DNA of 63,696 bases, the filler included, from Conidiobolus incongruus B7586 (taxonomy: Eukaryota), in assembly GCA_000697335.1 (NCBI GenBank). It is 10 parts of 10 records of this genome, joined end to end, with 100 filler letters (N's around TTAATTAATTAA, not from the genome) between each part and the next. Parts side by side here need not be neighbours in the genome. Positions count along the whole stretch, not along the records: positions 34,464 to 52,245 come from JNEM01007140.1; positions 52,346 to 62,418 come from JNEM01007141.1; 8 more parts are not named here. One strand, 5' to 3'. Below are positions 42,360 to 55,246 of the stretch, one piece after another. The translations under genes were made by a program, and so were the position numbers. The notes under the pieces were generated by a model. It was not told the origin of the DNA. It saw nothing but the letters and a program-made list of their open reading frames with translations, and made no database searches. Every line of letters begins with the position of its first letter. The first letter of the stretch is position 1.

Positions 42360-44099
42360 ATGTCAGTGGATCTCAAAACAAAAAGTGAAAAAAAGGAAAG
42401 CACAATATCTTGCTATAGCTGTAGAGAGAGACGGATACGTTGTGGAAGAGAGTTACCAAGTTGTGAAGGATGCATTAGGAGGGAAATACAATGTAGTTAT
42501 CCGAAAAACTCTCATAAACGAAAGAACGAGCCCACCACTTATTCTTCAGCTCAAAACAAACTAAACTTTAAAAATACTAACAAACACATCCAGGTACAAA
42601 ATCTTGAAAATGTAGCATTGAAAGTACATACTTCTAGCTTTGATTCCAGTGATCATTTTGATATATTTATTTTTGAACCTATTCCCAAACCTTCTGAACG
42701 ACCTGTTACTGACACAACCCAAGCTCTGAGCCGCCCAATTCGGTTGAAACAATCTCAAAAGCTTGAAACTCATCTTATATTAATGCTCACAATGCAGATT
42801 ATTGAATTTGATAGACGCATCATCCCAGAGATTGATTGGTTTGTAGAAAAAGTACAGCTAGGCATCTTTGGTGGAGTAATCAAGGTTACCCTCCATATTA
42901 ATCAAGACTGGATCCAGGAGTTGTTTCAACCTAATTTTAAACAAAAAGTCATTGAAAGTTACTTTAGAAGCTTTCACTCCTTAGTTACATATGTATCAAA
43001 GCGCAATTTCTATGTCAATATGGATAATATTTCACCGGTGCTTATGAGTGTGATAATGTATGTAGGCTACACTAATTGCCCGATGCAACACCCAGAATTG
43101 CGCAAATATCTCAAACATTCTGCAATGATCCAATTGAAGAAAAATAGGTATAAAATTTCGATTAGTAACTGCCAAGCTTTCTTTATATTCAGCTACTCTA
43201 TGCTATTCCAAGGGCAAGCAAAACAATCTGTACCATATTTCAATCTAGCTTGCTTAATGGCATCTGCCCTAGGTATTCATGTAGATATACCCAATATCAA
43301 TCTTGATGTACAGTCAGAAAGACATTGTATACGGGACCAGTCAATATCTCACGACTCTCACCTAGCTAATACACTAACCATACAGCCATTTTTTATGTTT
43401 ATTGCACCATACGTCACCATAATAGATCCTTATTATCAGGCGAATCCTTTTTCCACAGATCCTTTTGAAACACTATATGCCAGATGTGTATCCACGTGTA
43501 GATATGCTTACAATCGGTACTGGATGCCAGCAACAACACACTTCGTTGTATATTCAATAATGATATCTACAAAACCTGTCGATTTTGAATCCCCTGAAAT
43601 ACTTAACAAAATTCAATTTTTCCACGAGCTGTACAATTATTGCATGATTCAAACCCTCATCTTATTCATCAATTTATCCAAACAGTACAAACTTGAAGAA
43701 GAGCTTAACATTATCGCCAAGCAGGTGTGGGTATTCTTTGCAATGTATTGCCAACTGCAGGTAATTTTATATGCCCAATTTCCTCCAACAGTAGATCCGG
43801 ACACTGGTAACCTCAATGAAGGTACAATGAGAGCCATTCATGCGACTACAGCAATGTACAACATTACTTCAATGGAACCAGAGGGGTGTATCTCAATGTT
43901 TTATCATTATTTATCTAGTATTTCGCTATTTTATATTAAGACTATAGTGAGTTTACATCAATACCCAAAAATCCAAGATAAATTAAAAATTAAATTCAAA
44001 AAAACTTATGATTTATTCACTCTATATCAACATAAGTATCATTTATCTCTAGATACTCTACATGTAGTTCAATCTATGATGAAGTATTTTAAAATTTAA
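42360..44099 (+). CDS. Zn(II)2Cys6 fungal transcription factor with middle homology (Fungal_trans-like) region, 579 aa, intronless
   Basis: CYSCRERRIRCGRELPSCEGCIRREIQC = C-x2-C-x6-C-x6-C-x2-C-x6-C. MHR-like IESYFRSFH... and ACLMASALGIH...ERHCI. First ATG is at 42360 (the ORF track starts at an upstream TTG). Confidence 0.95.
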   Translation: MSVDLKTKSEKKESTISCYSCRERRIRCGRELPSCEGCIRREIQCSYPKNSHKRKNEPTTYSSAQNKLNFKNTNKHIQVQNLENVALKVHTSSFDSSDHFDIFIFEPIPKPSERPVTDTTQALSRPIRLKQSQKLETHLILMLTMQIIEFDRRIIPEIDWFVEKVQLGIFGGVIKVTLHINQDWIQELFQPNFKQKVIESYFRSFHSLVTYVSKRNFYVNMDNISPVLMSVIMYVGYTNCPMQHPELRKYLKHSAMIQLKKNRYKISISNCQAFFIFSYSMLFQGQAKQSVPYFNLACLMASALGIHVDIPNINLDVQSERHCIRDQSISHDSHLANTLTIQPFFMFIAPYVTIIDPYYQANPFSTDPFETLYARCVSTCRYAYNRYWMPATTHFVVYSIMISTKPVDFESPEILNKIQFFHELYNYCMIQTLILFINLSKQYKLEEELNIIAKQVWVFFAMYCQLQVILYAQFPPTVDPDTGNLNEGTMRAIHATTAMYNITSMEPEGCISMFYHYLSSISLFYIKTIVSLHQYPKIQDKLKIKFKKTYDLFTLYQHKYHLSLDTLHVVQSMMKYFKI

Positions 44100-44836
44100 A
44101 TAAACTATTAGTAATAATTATTAATTTTTATTGTAACAAATATTTTTATGCCATATCAAAATACTTTGGAATTATTTAATATATTGAAATTTTCTCACAC
44201 ATTTTAATATTTTAAAAACAATACAAGTAAATTATAGTAAAAAAGAAATCATATGGCAATTATTTAATTATACATGTTATTATATATTTAGTTACAAAAA
44301 CAAAGCTATTATACCTAAAAGTAAATAAAAAATTAAGTATTATTTTTTGTAAATATAAATTAAACAAATTTATTTAATATATTATATTGAACCAATGTTC
44401 CAATAAAATTAATCTCTTATAATTATTAGAATATAAATTTATTAAGCAAAAAATCGTTTAAAACTAACTTACAAATGTTAATAATAATAATACTTTAATT
44501 CTCTCATACAATATTTTTAAACAAATTTATTAAGGAAATTTAATATATATAAATAGATCGCTATCAAACTTTATTTTTTATAATAATTCTGTGATACTAT
44601 AAAAGTTAGGGTGCATAAACTCTTTCATGGATAATATATAATTTTGGTCTAGTACATTAGTGATTAATCATTTTTAATTCAGTCAATAGAAGTAGATTAC
44701 CTTTTTTTGGTAATTCATGTCTAAGTGTAATTTTACTAAAATTTAAATTGTTGGAACCGAATTGAAAAACGAACACTTTTGGTTTAGGTAATGATTTGTA
44801 TGATACTGTAGTATAGGTAGGGAAAAGATACTAGCA

Positions 44837-46553
44837 ATGATTAAAAATAAATATGATGAATATGAAATTTCAGCATCTTGTGATAGTTGTATGAAAAAGC
44901 GGATTAAATGTGAGAGAGGATTGTCGCGCTGTGAAGGTTGTATTAGAAAAAGTAACCATTACACTTATCCCAAGAACTCTTATAAGCGCAAAGTAATACA
45001 ATTAGTCTAGTCTCTAGTCAGAGTAAGATAAAATTCTAGTTAACAGTACACAAATAGGGTCAAGAAGGCTGCAAAGTCTGTTTCTGAAAGCTCACACCTC
45101 CAGGTTCGAAAACAGCCAAAAAAAATAGATAAACATACTTGAACCGATTCCTATTCTGCCTAAAGCTTCTATCATAGCCTCAACCCAATGCTACTCCATC
45201 AAATTCTGATCAAACAATCCCAGAAGTTTGAAACTCAACCTATTCCAATGTTCACCAAGAAAATCACTATTGGAGGAGAATATTATCGCAGGGGTTATTT
45301 GTTTATTTGAGAGGTGCAATTAGGCATTTTCGAAGGAATGACTATAAGCACACTACATTTAAATTAAAGCTAGATCCAAGAGTTATTTGATCCATACTTT
45401 AAGAAGTACTATTAATAATTATTCAAGTAATTTTTTCTTCTTAATAGCCTATATTTCAAAGTAAAAATCCTTTGCTGACATCAATACTATTACACCAGGT
45501 CTAATGAGCATAATAATGTGTTTGGACTACACGACTCACTGTAAACAACTTCCTGAACTTGGGAAATATATTAAACACTTATCACTAATTGAGGTAAAGA
45601 ACAAAGTATTTAAATATTTTTAGCACTTGTAGAGGTCTGTATTTACAGTTATTTGATGTTATTTCAAGGATTAGCTAACAAATCAGTATCTTGTTTCAAC
45701 CAAGCTTGTTGAATGGAAATAACATATGGAACGTATTTTAAGAATATCATATATTAGTGAAGATATTCTATATAAATCAAACTGTTAGATACAGTAATAT
45801 CCCAAGACTCTTATCTTTCTATTATCTTATCTAAACAGTTCTATTTCTTACTTGTGAAACATGACATTGTTATTACTAATCCAATATATCGAATCAATCC
45901 TTTTTCCAACCACTTTCATGAGTTAATAGGTATGGAATAAATATTATGAAGTAGATTATATTATATTAATCACTGGATGCCAACGATAACGCATTTGGTT
46001 GTATGCTCATTGACTACCTCAAAGAAGCCTATTGATTTTGAGTCACAAGATTTTAAAATGAAAATCCAGTTTTTTAATGAACTAAAGTATAACACGATTC
46101 ACACTTTAGTTGGATATCTATACCTAGCAGAAAAATATTTCGATGAAACATACTTGAGTATTATCAGAAAATAAGTGTGGACGTTCTTGGCTTTTTACTA
46201 CCATTTGGTTATGGTACTCTATGCTCCATTTCCTTCAGCTGTTAATTCCAAGACTGGTAAACTGAATCAGAGTATAATGAAAGCGACCCTGTAGCCACGA
46301 CCATATGCAACATCACAGTACTTCATCCCGAGTGGTGGATGGCAATGCTTTGCCATTGTCTATCAGGCATCTCATTGCTTTGTAATAGAATAATGATTTT
46401 GCTTAAGCAAAGCTCTCAAATCCAAATGAAGATAACTAACAAATTTGTCCATATATAAAATTTGCTCTGGTAAGAAAGCATAAGTATTACTTCTCTAAAG
46501 ATATTCTAAGTGTAATAAATTCTATGCCAATTTTTCTAAAATTCAAATTATAA
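44837..46553 (+). pseudogene. Tandem pseudogene paralog of the Zn2Cys6 factor
   Basis: SCDSCMKKRIKCERGLSRCEGCIRKSNHYTYPKNSYKRK (sixth Cys is Tyr). Collinear blocks KQSQKFET, LFQGLANKSV, HWMPTITHLVV, KTGKLNQ. Many stops and frameshifts. Confidence 0.92.
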
Positions 46554-47468
46554 TATGTTTTTTTCTGATCTTTTTTCTTATTTGTTGATAGCTAGAGATT
46601 TATTATATAATACTATATTATAAGGTTCCTATAGTTAATAAATTATTTATAAATCATTATGCAAATTAGAACAAATATCATTAATGAATATCTTATTACT
46701 ATTTTAATAAAATTCCAAATGAAACGATAATATATGATTTTATAGAATATTTACAATGATTGAATGGTAAAAAATATATTAATAAATATTGTGATTTAGA
46801 AAAAATAATCAATATTTGAAAAATGAAAAACTCCAAAATGTTCTGTATAATTCTTTTTTGATGCTATAGTTAATTTATTGAATTTATTATTATTTGGCAT
46901 TTTTTATATATTATGCTTTGTGTTAAAATTTTTAATTATAATTTTAAAAAATTTAACAATTTAAAATTTCTTATTAGCAAACTCAAATACTATATAACTA
47001 TTCTATAATTTTCAAATTTGGAAGTATAAAATTAAATACTTTTAATAGAGTAGTAGTAAAAAATTTAAATATATTAATATTAAAGTATAATATTTAAGAG
47101 TTAGATTTCAAAATCAAATATTTAAATATAGTGACAGAAAGAATATATCTGATAAAAATACCTATTTTATCTTAGTATAATAACGCTTATTAATAATATA
47201 TTCAATTAAAATAATTTAAATTCGAATTTGCATAATCATTTGATATAATAATTTTATAATTATTCTGAAACTGAATTTACTTATATAGTGATGATTATAG
47301 TGTTTTAAATATTAATTTTGTTTAAATCAACCTTTAATAATAAATGACAAAGGTCAACAGAACTAGAAATATTAATAATGAAATATAAATAATATTAAAA
47401 TCTATATATGTCTCATTATAAAAGATTTGTTCTAATTAAGACTATGTGGTTGATATAACTTAAGTATA

Positions 47469-48787
47469 TTAGTATGGAAATTAAGAAATGGTAAATTTTT
47501 TAATTTCTGATCTTTCAAACATATTATATATTTTGAAATATTTTATATATTTAAAATATATAGGAAAATAAATACTTTCAAACTTTATATATAAATATTC
47601 GATTTTAATTATTTTTTTATTTAAATATTTTGATTTTAAAATTTATATTTAAATTTAATTATATTTAAACTAAATTTTGATTATCAAAAAGCTTTCAATT
47701 TTGTATCTTTAAAACATAACCATAAACCTTTTAAAATCATCTAAAACTTGTAAACAGCTTATGGAGATAGTGCTTTATTTAAAAATACTATATATCACTA
47801 AATTTGTGATTTTAAAGCTAAAAGGGATATTATTTAAAATTTATTAAAATCTAAAAGATTAATTTCTATTGTTATTTTTTTACTTATTAATAGAGTAAAA
47901 AAATATATTAAGAAATACCTTTTTATTTCTGTTAAAGAATTATTATAATAATTTAATATTAATTATACAAGCATATTATATTTACATAAGTTTAAATTTA
48001 GATTAATTAATAAAAATATAAAATAAATATCTTATAATTTAACAAAAGCCTAAAAGGAAATTAAAATAGCTATAGCTAAATTAAATTTGTTAAGGTATAA
48101 CTAACAACAAAGGTTTTTACAGTGAATACTTATAATTAATAAATCTTAAATTTTTTATATAATTCTTTACTTAAAAATAAAACAAGATATTAGGTTAAGA
48201 TAAGTTAATCCCCTTTACAAATTCTAATAAACAAGTACTTTAAATATAAGTGAATACTAATTATTATAATGGATTATAATGGTATATAATTTTCTTATTT
48301 AATATCTCAAGAAAAATCAAATATTAATAAATTATATATTATTTTTTTAAATAAAACAATTTTTAAATGGTATTCTTAATATAAATTAAAGACACCTATT
48401 ATTTTGTATAATAATTATAAAATATATAAAGTTAAAGTTATAAAATATTTTTTATATAAAAAAAATAGAGAGAGTTATCATAACTAGCACATTCACTTGA
48501 TTATAACCTATATGATTATAGTTGTTTTAAACAATTAAAAAAATAGCTTGCAAGAAAAAAAATTCCTATAAATAAATTAGATTAGTTTATAAAATATTAA
48601 ATTTTAGTCTTTAATAAAAAGAACTATTTTTTAAGTATTAGAAACTTACCAAAAATATAGTAAAGAGTTATTAATAATTAAAAAGGCTATTAATTTTATA
48701 TTATTCATTAATTTTTATTTATTATTTATTAATTTATTTATTTAATTTTAATTTCAAAATTGTGTTATTATTTAATTTCTATATTAA
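47469..48787 (+). mobile_element. Full-length mariner (1319 bp), heavily mutated
   Basis: TA-ttagtatggaaattaagaaatggta ... tgtgttattatttaatttctatattaa-TA. Collinear with the 51906 copy. Confidence 0.93.
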
Positions 48788-51700
48788 TATTATATTAACT
48801 GACAAAAATTTATTTATTTTATCAGATGTTTCAATCAAAAAATATTTATTAATATATAATTTAAAGATTGAAATATAATAATAATTGCATATCAATATTT
48901 AAATATTGATTTTATATAATTATATCTCTGATAATAAGTTAATTAATTAATAGTTGATATAATTAAATTTATTATTATCAAAAGAAATGTTTTTCATTAT
49001 AATCTATATATTGAATGATTAAAAGCTTATTTTCCTTTTGATATAAGTATTTATAATATCAAAGAGTATAGATTATACTAGTCATCTGATATCATAGTTA
49101 TTAATAGTAAACTAGAAATTAATAACCAAGTTTAATTATTGTAGCATCTAAATAATTAATTACTTCAAATTAGGTAGATATTACACATTATCAAGTTAGA
49201 TATTATATTGTTATTCAATATATTTTTCTTTTATTGATTCAAAATCGATTGAATTCAATATTGAATTAAAATATATTGATATACTCTTTCTTTTTTTTTG
49301 CTAATTTAATATTTTATATTTAATATTATAAAACTCTTGTAATACTTCTAATGATTTAGATTTTAAATTTATCTAATTATAAAATCTTCATTGATCATTA
49401 TTATATATTTTTGAATATTATTAGTTCTTGAAGATATATAATAATAATAATAATATAAAAAATTTTACAAACTAATCTTATATATGAAGCTTAAATATTT
49501 TATCATTACACTAAAAATAATCTAATAAAATTTTTATTACAGGTATAATAAATTTATTGAATATGGTGAGAAAATCATTTTAATAATTATTTTCATAGTA
49601 TGTGATATTAAAGTGATTAATTTTCAATTTTTTGTAGTCAATTTAATATCTAATTTATAATATATTAACAGTATAATATTCATTTAATTATTCATATTTA
49701 TTTAAATAAAATTATTTTTCAAAATTCATTGCAGATAATTTCTAAATTTCTTGAAAATATGCAAGGATTAGGTAATGTTGTTCTAGTTTGAATTGAAATA
49801 ACCCAATCTAATTTACTCTCTTTGAATAAATTATAAACAGAAATTTCTAATAGTTCTCTAATTATATCTGATATCCTTTAAAAGATTAAAAAATAAAAAC
49901 AATTAAAATTTTTTATCTAATTAGGAATTCACCCCAATTTAATATTAGAAGATCATTAATAACAATATTGTCTCTATTTCTGTATTTCAAAAATACCTGT
50001 CTGTCTAGATTCGATAGTTAAGTTCACATTACCTCCTGTTCATAGTGGAATTGTTAGTCCATAATCAAATGATATTCTTTAGCTCTTTTATTAGAATTTA
50101 TCCAAAACCTACATCAGTCACTGAATGAATTATTTAAACCCAGAAGTGATAAGAATAAAAAGGATCCAAAAGTTTCTGAATATTTTGCTATGACGTCTCA
50201 ACAGTAAGTTTTAAGACATATAGTCCCAATATGTTCAAGAGGAGGATTAATAAATAATTTACTAAATCTTATTACAAGTACTTCTCTAACAACAATCTTT
50301 ATTTACAAAGCTTCTTATAAAACACAACACTTAATGATATTTAATGAAAATATTACCAAATTTTAAAGCATGAGATAGAATAAATGGATTTTCACATGAT
50401 TTCAAAAAAAAATTTGAAATTAGCTTAAATTAAGAAAATTATTATATATTGAATAAAATTTTAATAGATATTGTATATTTTTGTCAAATAATCTTATAAT
50501 TGATATTAATAGAGAATTAACAAACTATATTTATGGGTAAGAATATCCAATCTATTCATTATTTTACAATACAATGATTATCCTAATATTTTTAAAAATT
50601 TATTCAATTGTATATTTTAATTCAAATATGATTACTTACGATATATACAAATACTTGTTATTAATAAAATATCCGTTCTTCAATGCTTTACATTACTTAT
50701 TAATGCTTTATCTATTAATTAAATCATATTTTAATAATTTAATATATAGATACAAATATTATCGTCTGGAAAACTAATTTCATATTTTAAAAACAGTCAA
50801 ATTTGATATTCAGATTATTTAATTACAAAAAAGAGGACAGAATAATTATATAATTTTATCTCATAGTTTTTATGTCATCTATGGTTTTATTTATTCATTA
50901 ATTAGATATTTATATTAGATCTATAATTAAATCAAGCAAATATTAATTAATATTATATTGTAAAATATATATTTGATAGTTTTGAACAATCTTAAAGAAT
51001 TAATTAATCTTCTTATAAATCTATCATAAATTTTTAATTTATCAGACTCTAGTATATTGATCAACACACAAAGATTGTATCATATATTAAAATCGGCTAT
51101 ATATGTCTTATAAATTTATTTTGGTAACCCTGAATATATTAAATTCAGAAATATATGCTGTTTAGCATTTAAAGCAATATTGTTATTTAATATTTATTAA
51201 TTATCGGATGTTTTCAATGATTATAGTGAAATATTATAAAAACATAATATATTTGTTAATTATATTTTCACTTTAGAATACATCAAATTATATCTCAAAC
51301 ACTCTGTATCTTGTTATATATGAATTTTACTAGATAATTGAATCAAATTTGAAAATGCTTTTTAAATATTTTCAAACAAATACATACAATGATATTAATA
51401 AATATTTTATATATACAAACTATTAATGCGATGTTATATTCAGACATAATTAAATTCAAAAATTCTAATCTTTTAAGAGTCATAATAATTAGAAAAGAGT
51501 AAAAAGCTTAAATAACAGACTTTTTAACTTTTTGGAATATTTAAGAATATTATTTATAATAGGTATCAAACTCAAGTTTAAGTGTATTTATGCTTAATGA
51601 AACTTCTATTATTTTATTTAATTTTTTTCACTTATATAAAGTTTTAAATAATACTAATTGGTCAATTACTGTCATATAAATTTTACAAATTTGACATCAA

Positions 51701-51905
51701 TATAAAACCGATGGTTATTATATCTAATGATAAAACTATATTGTTTAATGAAATCAATATATTACCATATGCATTTAAAATATCCATTGAATATATTTAT
51801 TTGTGTAAGGAAATCTTGAAAATTTTTTAGTTAGATTTTGTTAATTTATAATTAAAAATAGTATCAGAAATCGAGTGTCAATATTAGCCTGTAAAAGCGA
51901 AGTTA

Positions 51906-53072
51906 TTAGTATGGAAATTAAGAAATGGCAAATTTTTTAATTTCCAATCTTTCAAACATATTATACGTTTTGAAAGATTATATATATATAAAATATATAG
52001 GAAAATAAATATTTTCAAACTATATATATATATTCAATTTTAATTATTATTTTTATTAAAATATTTTGATTTTAAAATTTACACTTAAATTTAATCATGC
52101 TTAAACCAGATTGTGATTATCAAAAGGCTTTTATTTTTGTATCTTTAAAACTTAACCATAAACCCTCTAAAATCATCTAAAACTTGCAAACAGCTTATGG
52201 AGATGGTGCTTTATCTAAAACTACCATATATTGCTGGATTTGTGANNNNNNNNNNNNNNNNNNNNNNNNNNNNNNNNNNNNNNNNNNNNTTAATTAATTA
52301 ANNNNNNNNNNNNNNNNNNNNNNNNNNNNNNNNNNNNNNNNNNNNTAGAGTAGCTATAGCTAAACTAAACTTATTAAGGTATAACCAAAAACAAAGGTTT
52401 TTACAGTGAATACTTGCAATTGATGAATCTTGGATTCCTTTATATAATCCTTTACCTAAAAATAAAACAAGATGTTGGGTTAAGCCAAATCAATCCCCTC
52501 CACAAATTCCAATGAATAAGCACTTTGAATATAAGTGAATGTTAATTGTTGTAATAGATTATAATGGTATATAGTCTTCTTATTTAATACCTCAAGGAAA
52601 ATCAATTAATAGTAAGTTATATATTACTTTTTTAAATAAAACAATTTCTAAATGGTGTTCTCAATATAAATTAAGGACACCTATTATTTTGCATGATAAT
52701 TGTAAAATACATAAAGCTAAAGCTGTAAAAGATTTTTTATATAAAAAAATTGGGGGGAGTTACCACATCCAGTATATTCACCTGATTATAATCCATGTGA
52801 TTATAATTGTTTTGGACAATTAAAAAAACAGCTTGCAGGAAAAAAAATTCCTGCAAACAAATTAAATTGGTTTGTGAAACATCAAATTTCAGTCCTTAAT
52901 AAAAAGAACTGTTTTTTAGGTATTAGAAGCTTACCAAAAGTATGGAAAAGAGTTATTAATAATAAAGGAGGCTATTAATTTTATATTATTCATTAATTTT
53001 TATATATTATTTATTAATTTATTTGTTTAATTTTAATTTTAAAATTGTGCCATTACTTAATTTCTGCACTAA
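51906..53072 (+). mobile_element. mariner DD34D, least mutated copy (internal gap)
   Basis: TA-ttagtatggaaattaagaaatggca ... tgccattacttaatttctgcactaa-TA. LAIDESW, ILHDNCKIH, LPHPVYSPDYNPCDY. 34 residues between D2 and D3 after restoring one A in a homopolymer at ~52743-49. Confidence 0.95.
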
Positions 53073-53789
53073 TAATAGCATCTTCAATAGAAAAGTTTCA
53101 ATATATTACATTTAATAAAAGATATTAGAATTGATTTTTTACTAAATATTATTATATAAACAGTTATAATAAATATATCGAATGTACAGATTGAATTCAA
53201 TTAATCAAATATAATTTTCTCACTTCAAGTAGCTAGTATTGGAAAATGTCCTTGTTTTATAATTATCTTGAAAATATATAAAGAAAATTCCACCATTGAA
53301 ATTTAAATACAAACTACAATCTCTAGATTTCTACAAAATTCAAAATGATATAGAAATAAGTAAGATTAATAGTATAGTAATTAATCACTATTAATATGAT
53401 TTATTTTTCAATATTTATGTTTTTTTTCATATTTTACTTTTTTTACTTTTAATAACCAATATAATTTGGAAAAGTTTTATAATAACAAAAATTTTAATAA
53501 TAAATTTTTAAAATCCTAACGAATTAAACATTAGTACAAAATTTATCATAATTTGAATTTTTAAAATTATCTTTAAAAATTGTAAATTACAAATGAAGTT
53601 TAATATCCATCATATATTGGATTGTTATATTATTTGAAAAAAGACAATTTATGAAAAATAAAATATAAGATCATATAAGGGAAATTTAATATTAGTATAT
53701 AAATTAATGAATGACTAAATTTTGAAATCAAAATGAAATAAAATTATTTAAATATAATTCATAAATATTAAATTATAATATTAAATTAA

Positions 53790-54064
53790 TATTTTTTATT
53801 TAATGAACAATTGTTTCCTCTAATTTTATTAAGCTTTTAATTCTTACAGCTAGTTTTTTTATTAAAAACTGAAATTTATAATTTTAAAAACTAAATTATT
53901 AAATATATAAGAGTTTTTTTGTAATTATATTTTAATTACTTAAAATAATTTTCATTATATAGGTTAGGTTTTATTTAATATAGTAGAAAAGATAGCTTTT
54001 TCTAATTTTCTTATATTAAAAATTTTTATAAAATTAGCTTGATTTTTATTGTAATTATTATATA
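53790..54064 (-). mobile_element. Very degraded mariner C-terminal remnant
   Basis: Weak collinearity with the rc of the mariner 3' end (attaaaaactgaaatttata, aattacttaaaataatt). Edges approximate. Confidence 0.5.
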
Positions 54065-54461
54065 TGTTAAAAAATTAGTTTTTAAAGTTCTTATATATAT
54101 TTTTATATAGTATATTTGATTAAAAATTAATCAATTAATTTATACTTTTAATATTAAATTAATTATATAAATAATATTGGATTATCTAATATAATAGGTT
54201 TTTTCCTCTTAATTCTTATTATTTCTTTTTTTTATATTATTTCTAAAGTTAAAATTTATTTTTTGAATATTATAATATATTGGCACTATCTAATATAAAA
54301 TCTAATATTTTAGCGTGGAATTATTTATTTACAAGGCTTAATTAAACTGGGTTTATATTTATATTATCTTGTTATATTATTGGTACTATATTACAAGCCA
54401 TATTACTTTTATATTAAGTTTTCCTCTATATTATATTTATTTTATTACCATAATACTTAAA
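54065..54461 (+). repeat. Solo LTR, diverged member of gypsy family A
   Basis: Starts TGTTAA and is collinear with 34597-34994. No clear TSD. Confidence 0.78.
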
Positions 54462-54959
54462 AAAACAATATCAAATTTAAATATAATATTATTGAATAAT
54501 ATATAGATTTATAATATAATTATTATATATAAAATTAATAACATTTAAATCTATAATTTTATTTTATAAATTATTAATATAGTGGTTTTTGAATTCAATA
54601 ATAAAGAAATTTTTAATATAATTTATTATCTTTAAATATAAGATATATTTTCATTATATCTTTCAATAATATTAAGTATATTAATATAATATATATTAAC
54701 AAAATATTAATATAAAGAGATATTATAGGAATATAATACATTTATGCAATATAAATATATAATATAATGACTAAAATCGAAAAATTCAAATTAATATTCA
54801 AAATCTGTAAAAATTAATTTATAATAAAGAATTGAGTTATAATAATTATAAATTATGAAAAATTATTATTTTGAATAATAATTACAAAATTTATACAGCT
54901 TAATTGGTTAAAGGTTTTCAATATAAAGATATTAAAAAGAATTACCATATTAATTATTT

Positions 54960-55246
54960 TCAATAAATTATAAATTATGTGATTATAGTTGCTTTAGGCA
55001 ATTAAAAAATATGTTTATATGAAAAAAATTCCTTTTAATAAATTAAATTAGTTTACAAAATATCAAATTTCAGTATTCAATATAAATTACTTTTTTAGGT
55101 GTTAGTTGCGAGTCAGAACTATAGCAAAAAGCTATTAATAATAAGAGTAATAATTTTATATTGTGTATTAATTTTTATAAATCATATATTAATAATTCAT
55201 TTAATTTTGATTTTAAAACTGTGCCATTATTAAGTCTCTGTAATAA
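54960..55246 (+). mobile_element. mariner 3' fragment with right TIR
   Basis: tgtgattatagttgctttaggcaatta (CDYSCFRQL). Ends tgtgccattattaagtctctgtaataa-TA. Confidence 0.8.

Noticed and set aside
42561..43837. Minus-strand ORFs 42561-42773 and 43649-43837
   Set aside because: Antisense to the Zn2Cys6 CDS, with no independent features.
48900..51500. Possible F-box/LRR-type pseudogene remnants and ORF 50574-50777
   Set aside because: Only vague short peptide resemblance. The ORF is low-complexity, AT-driven sequence.
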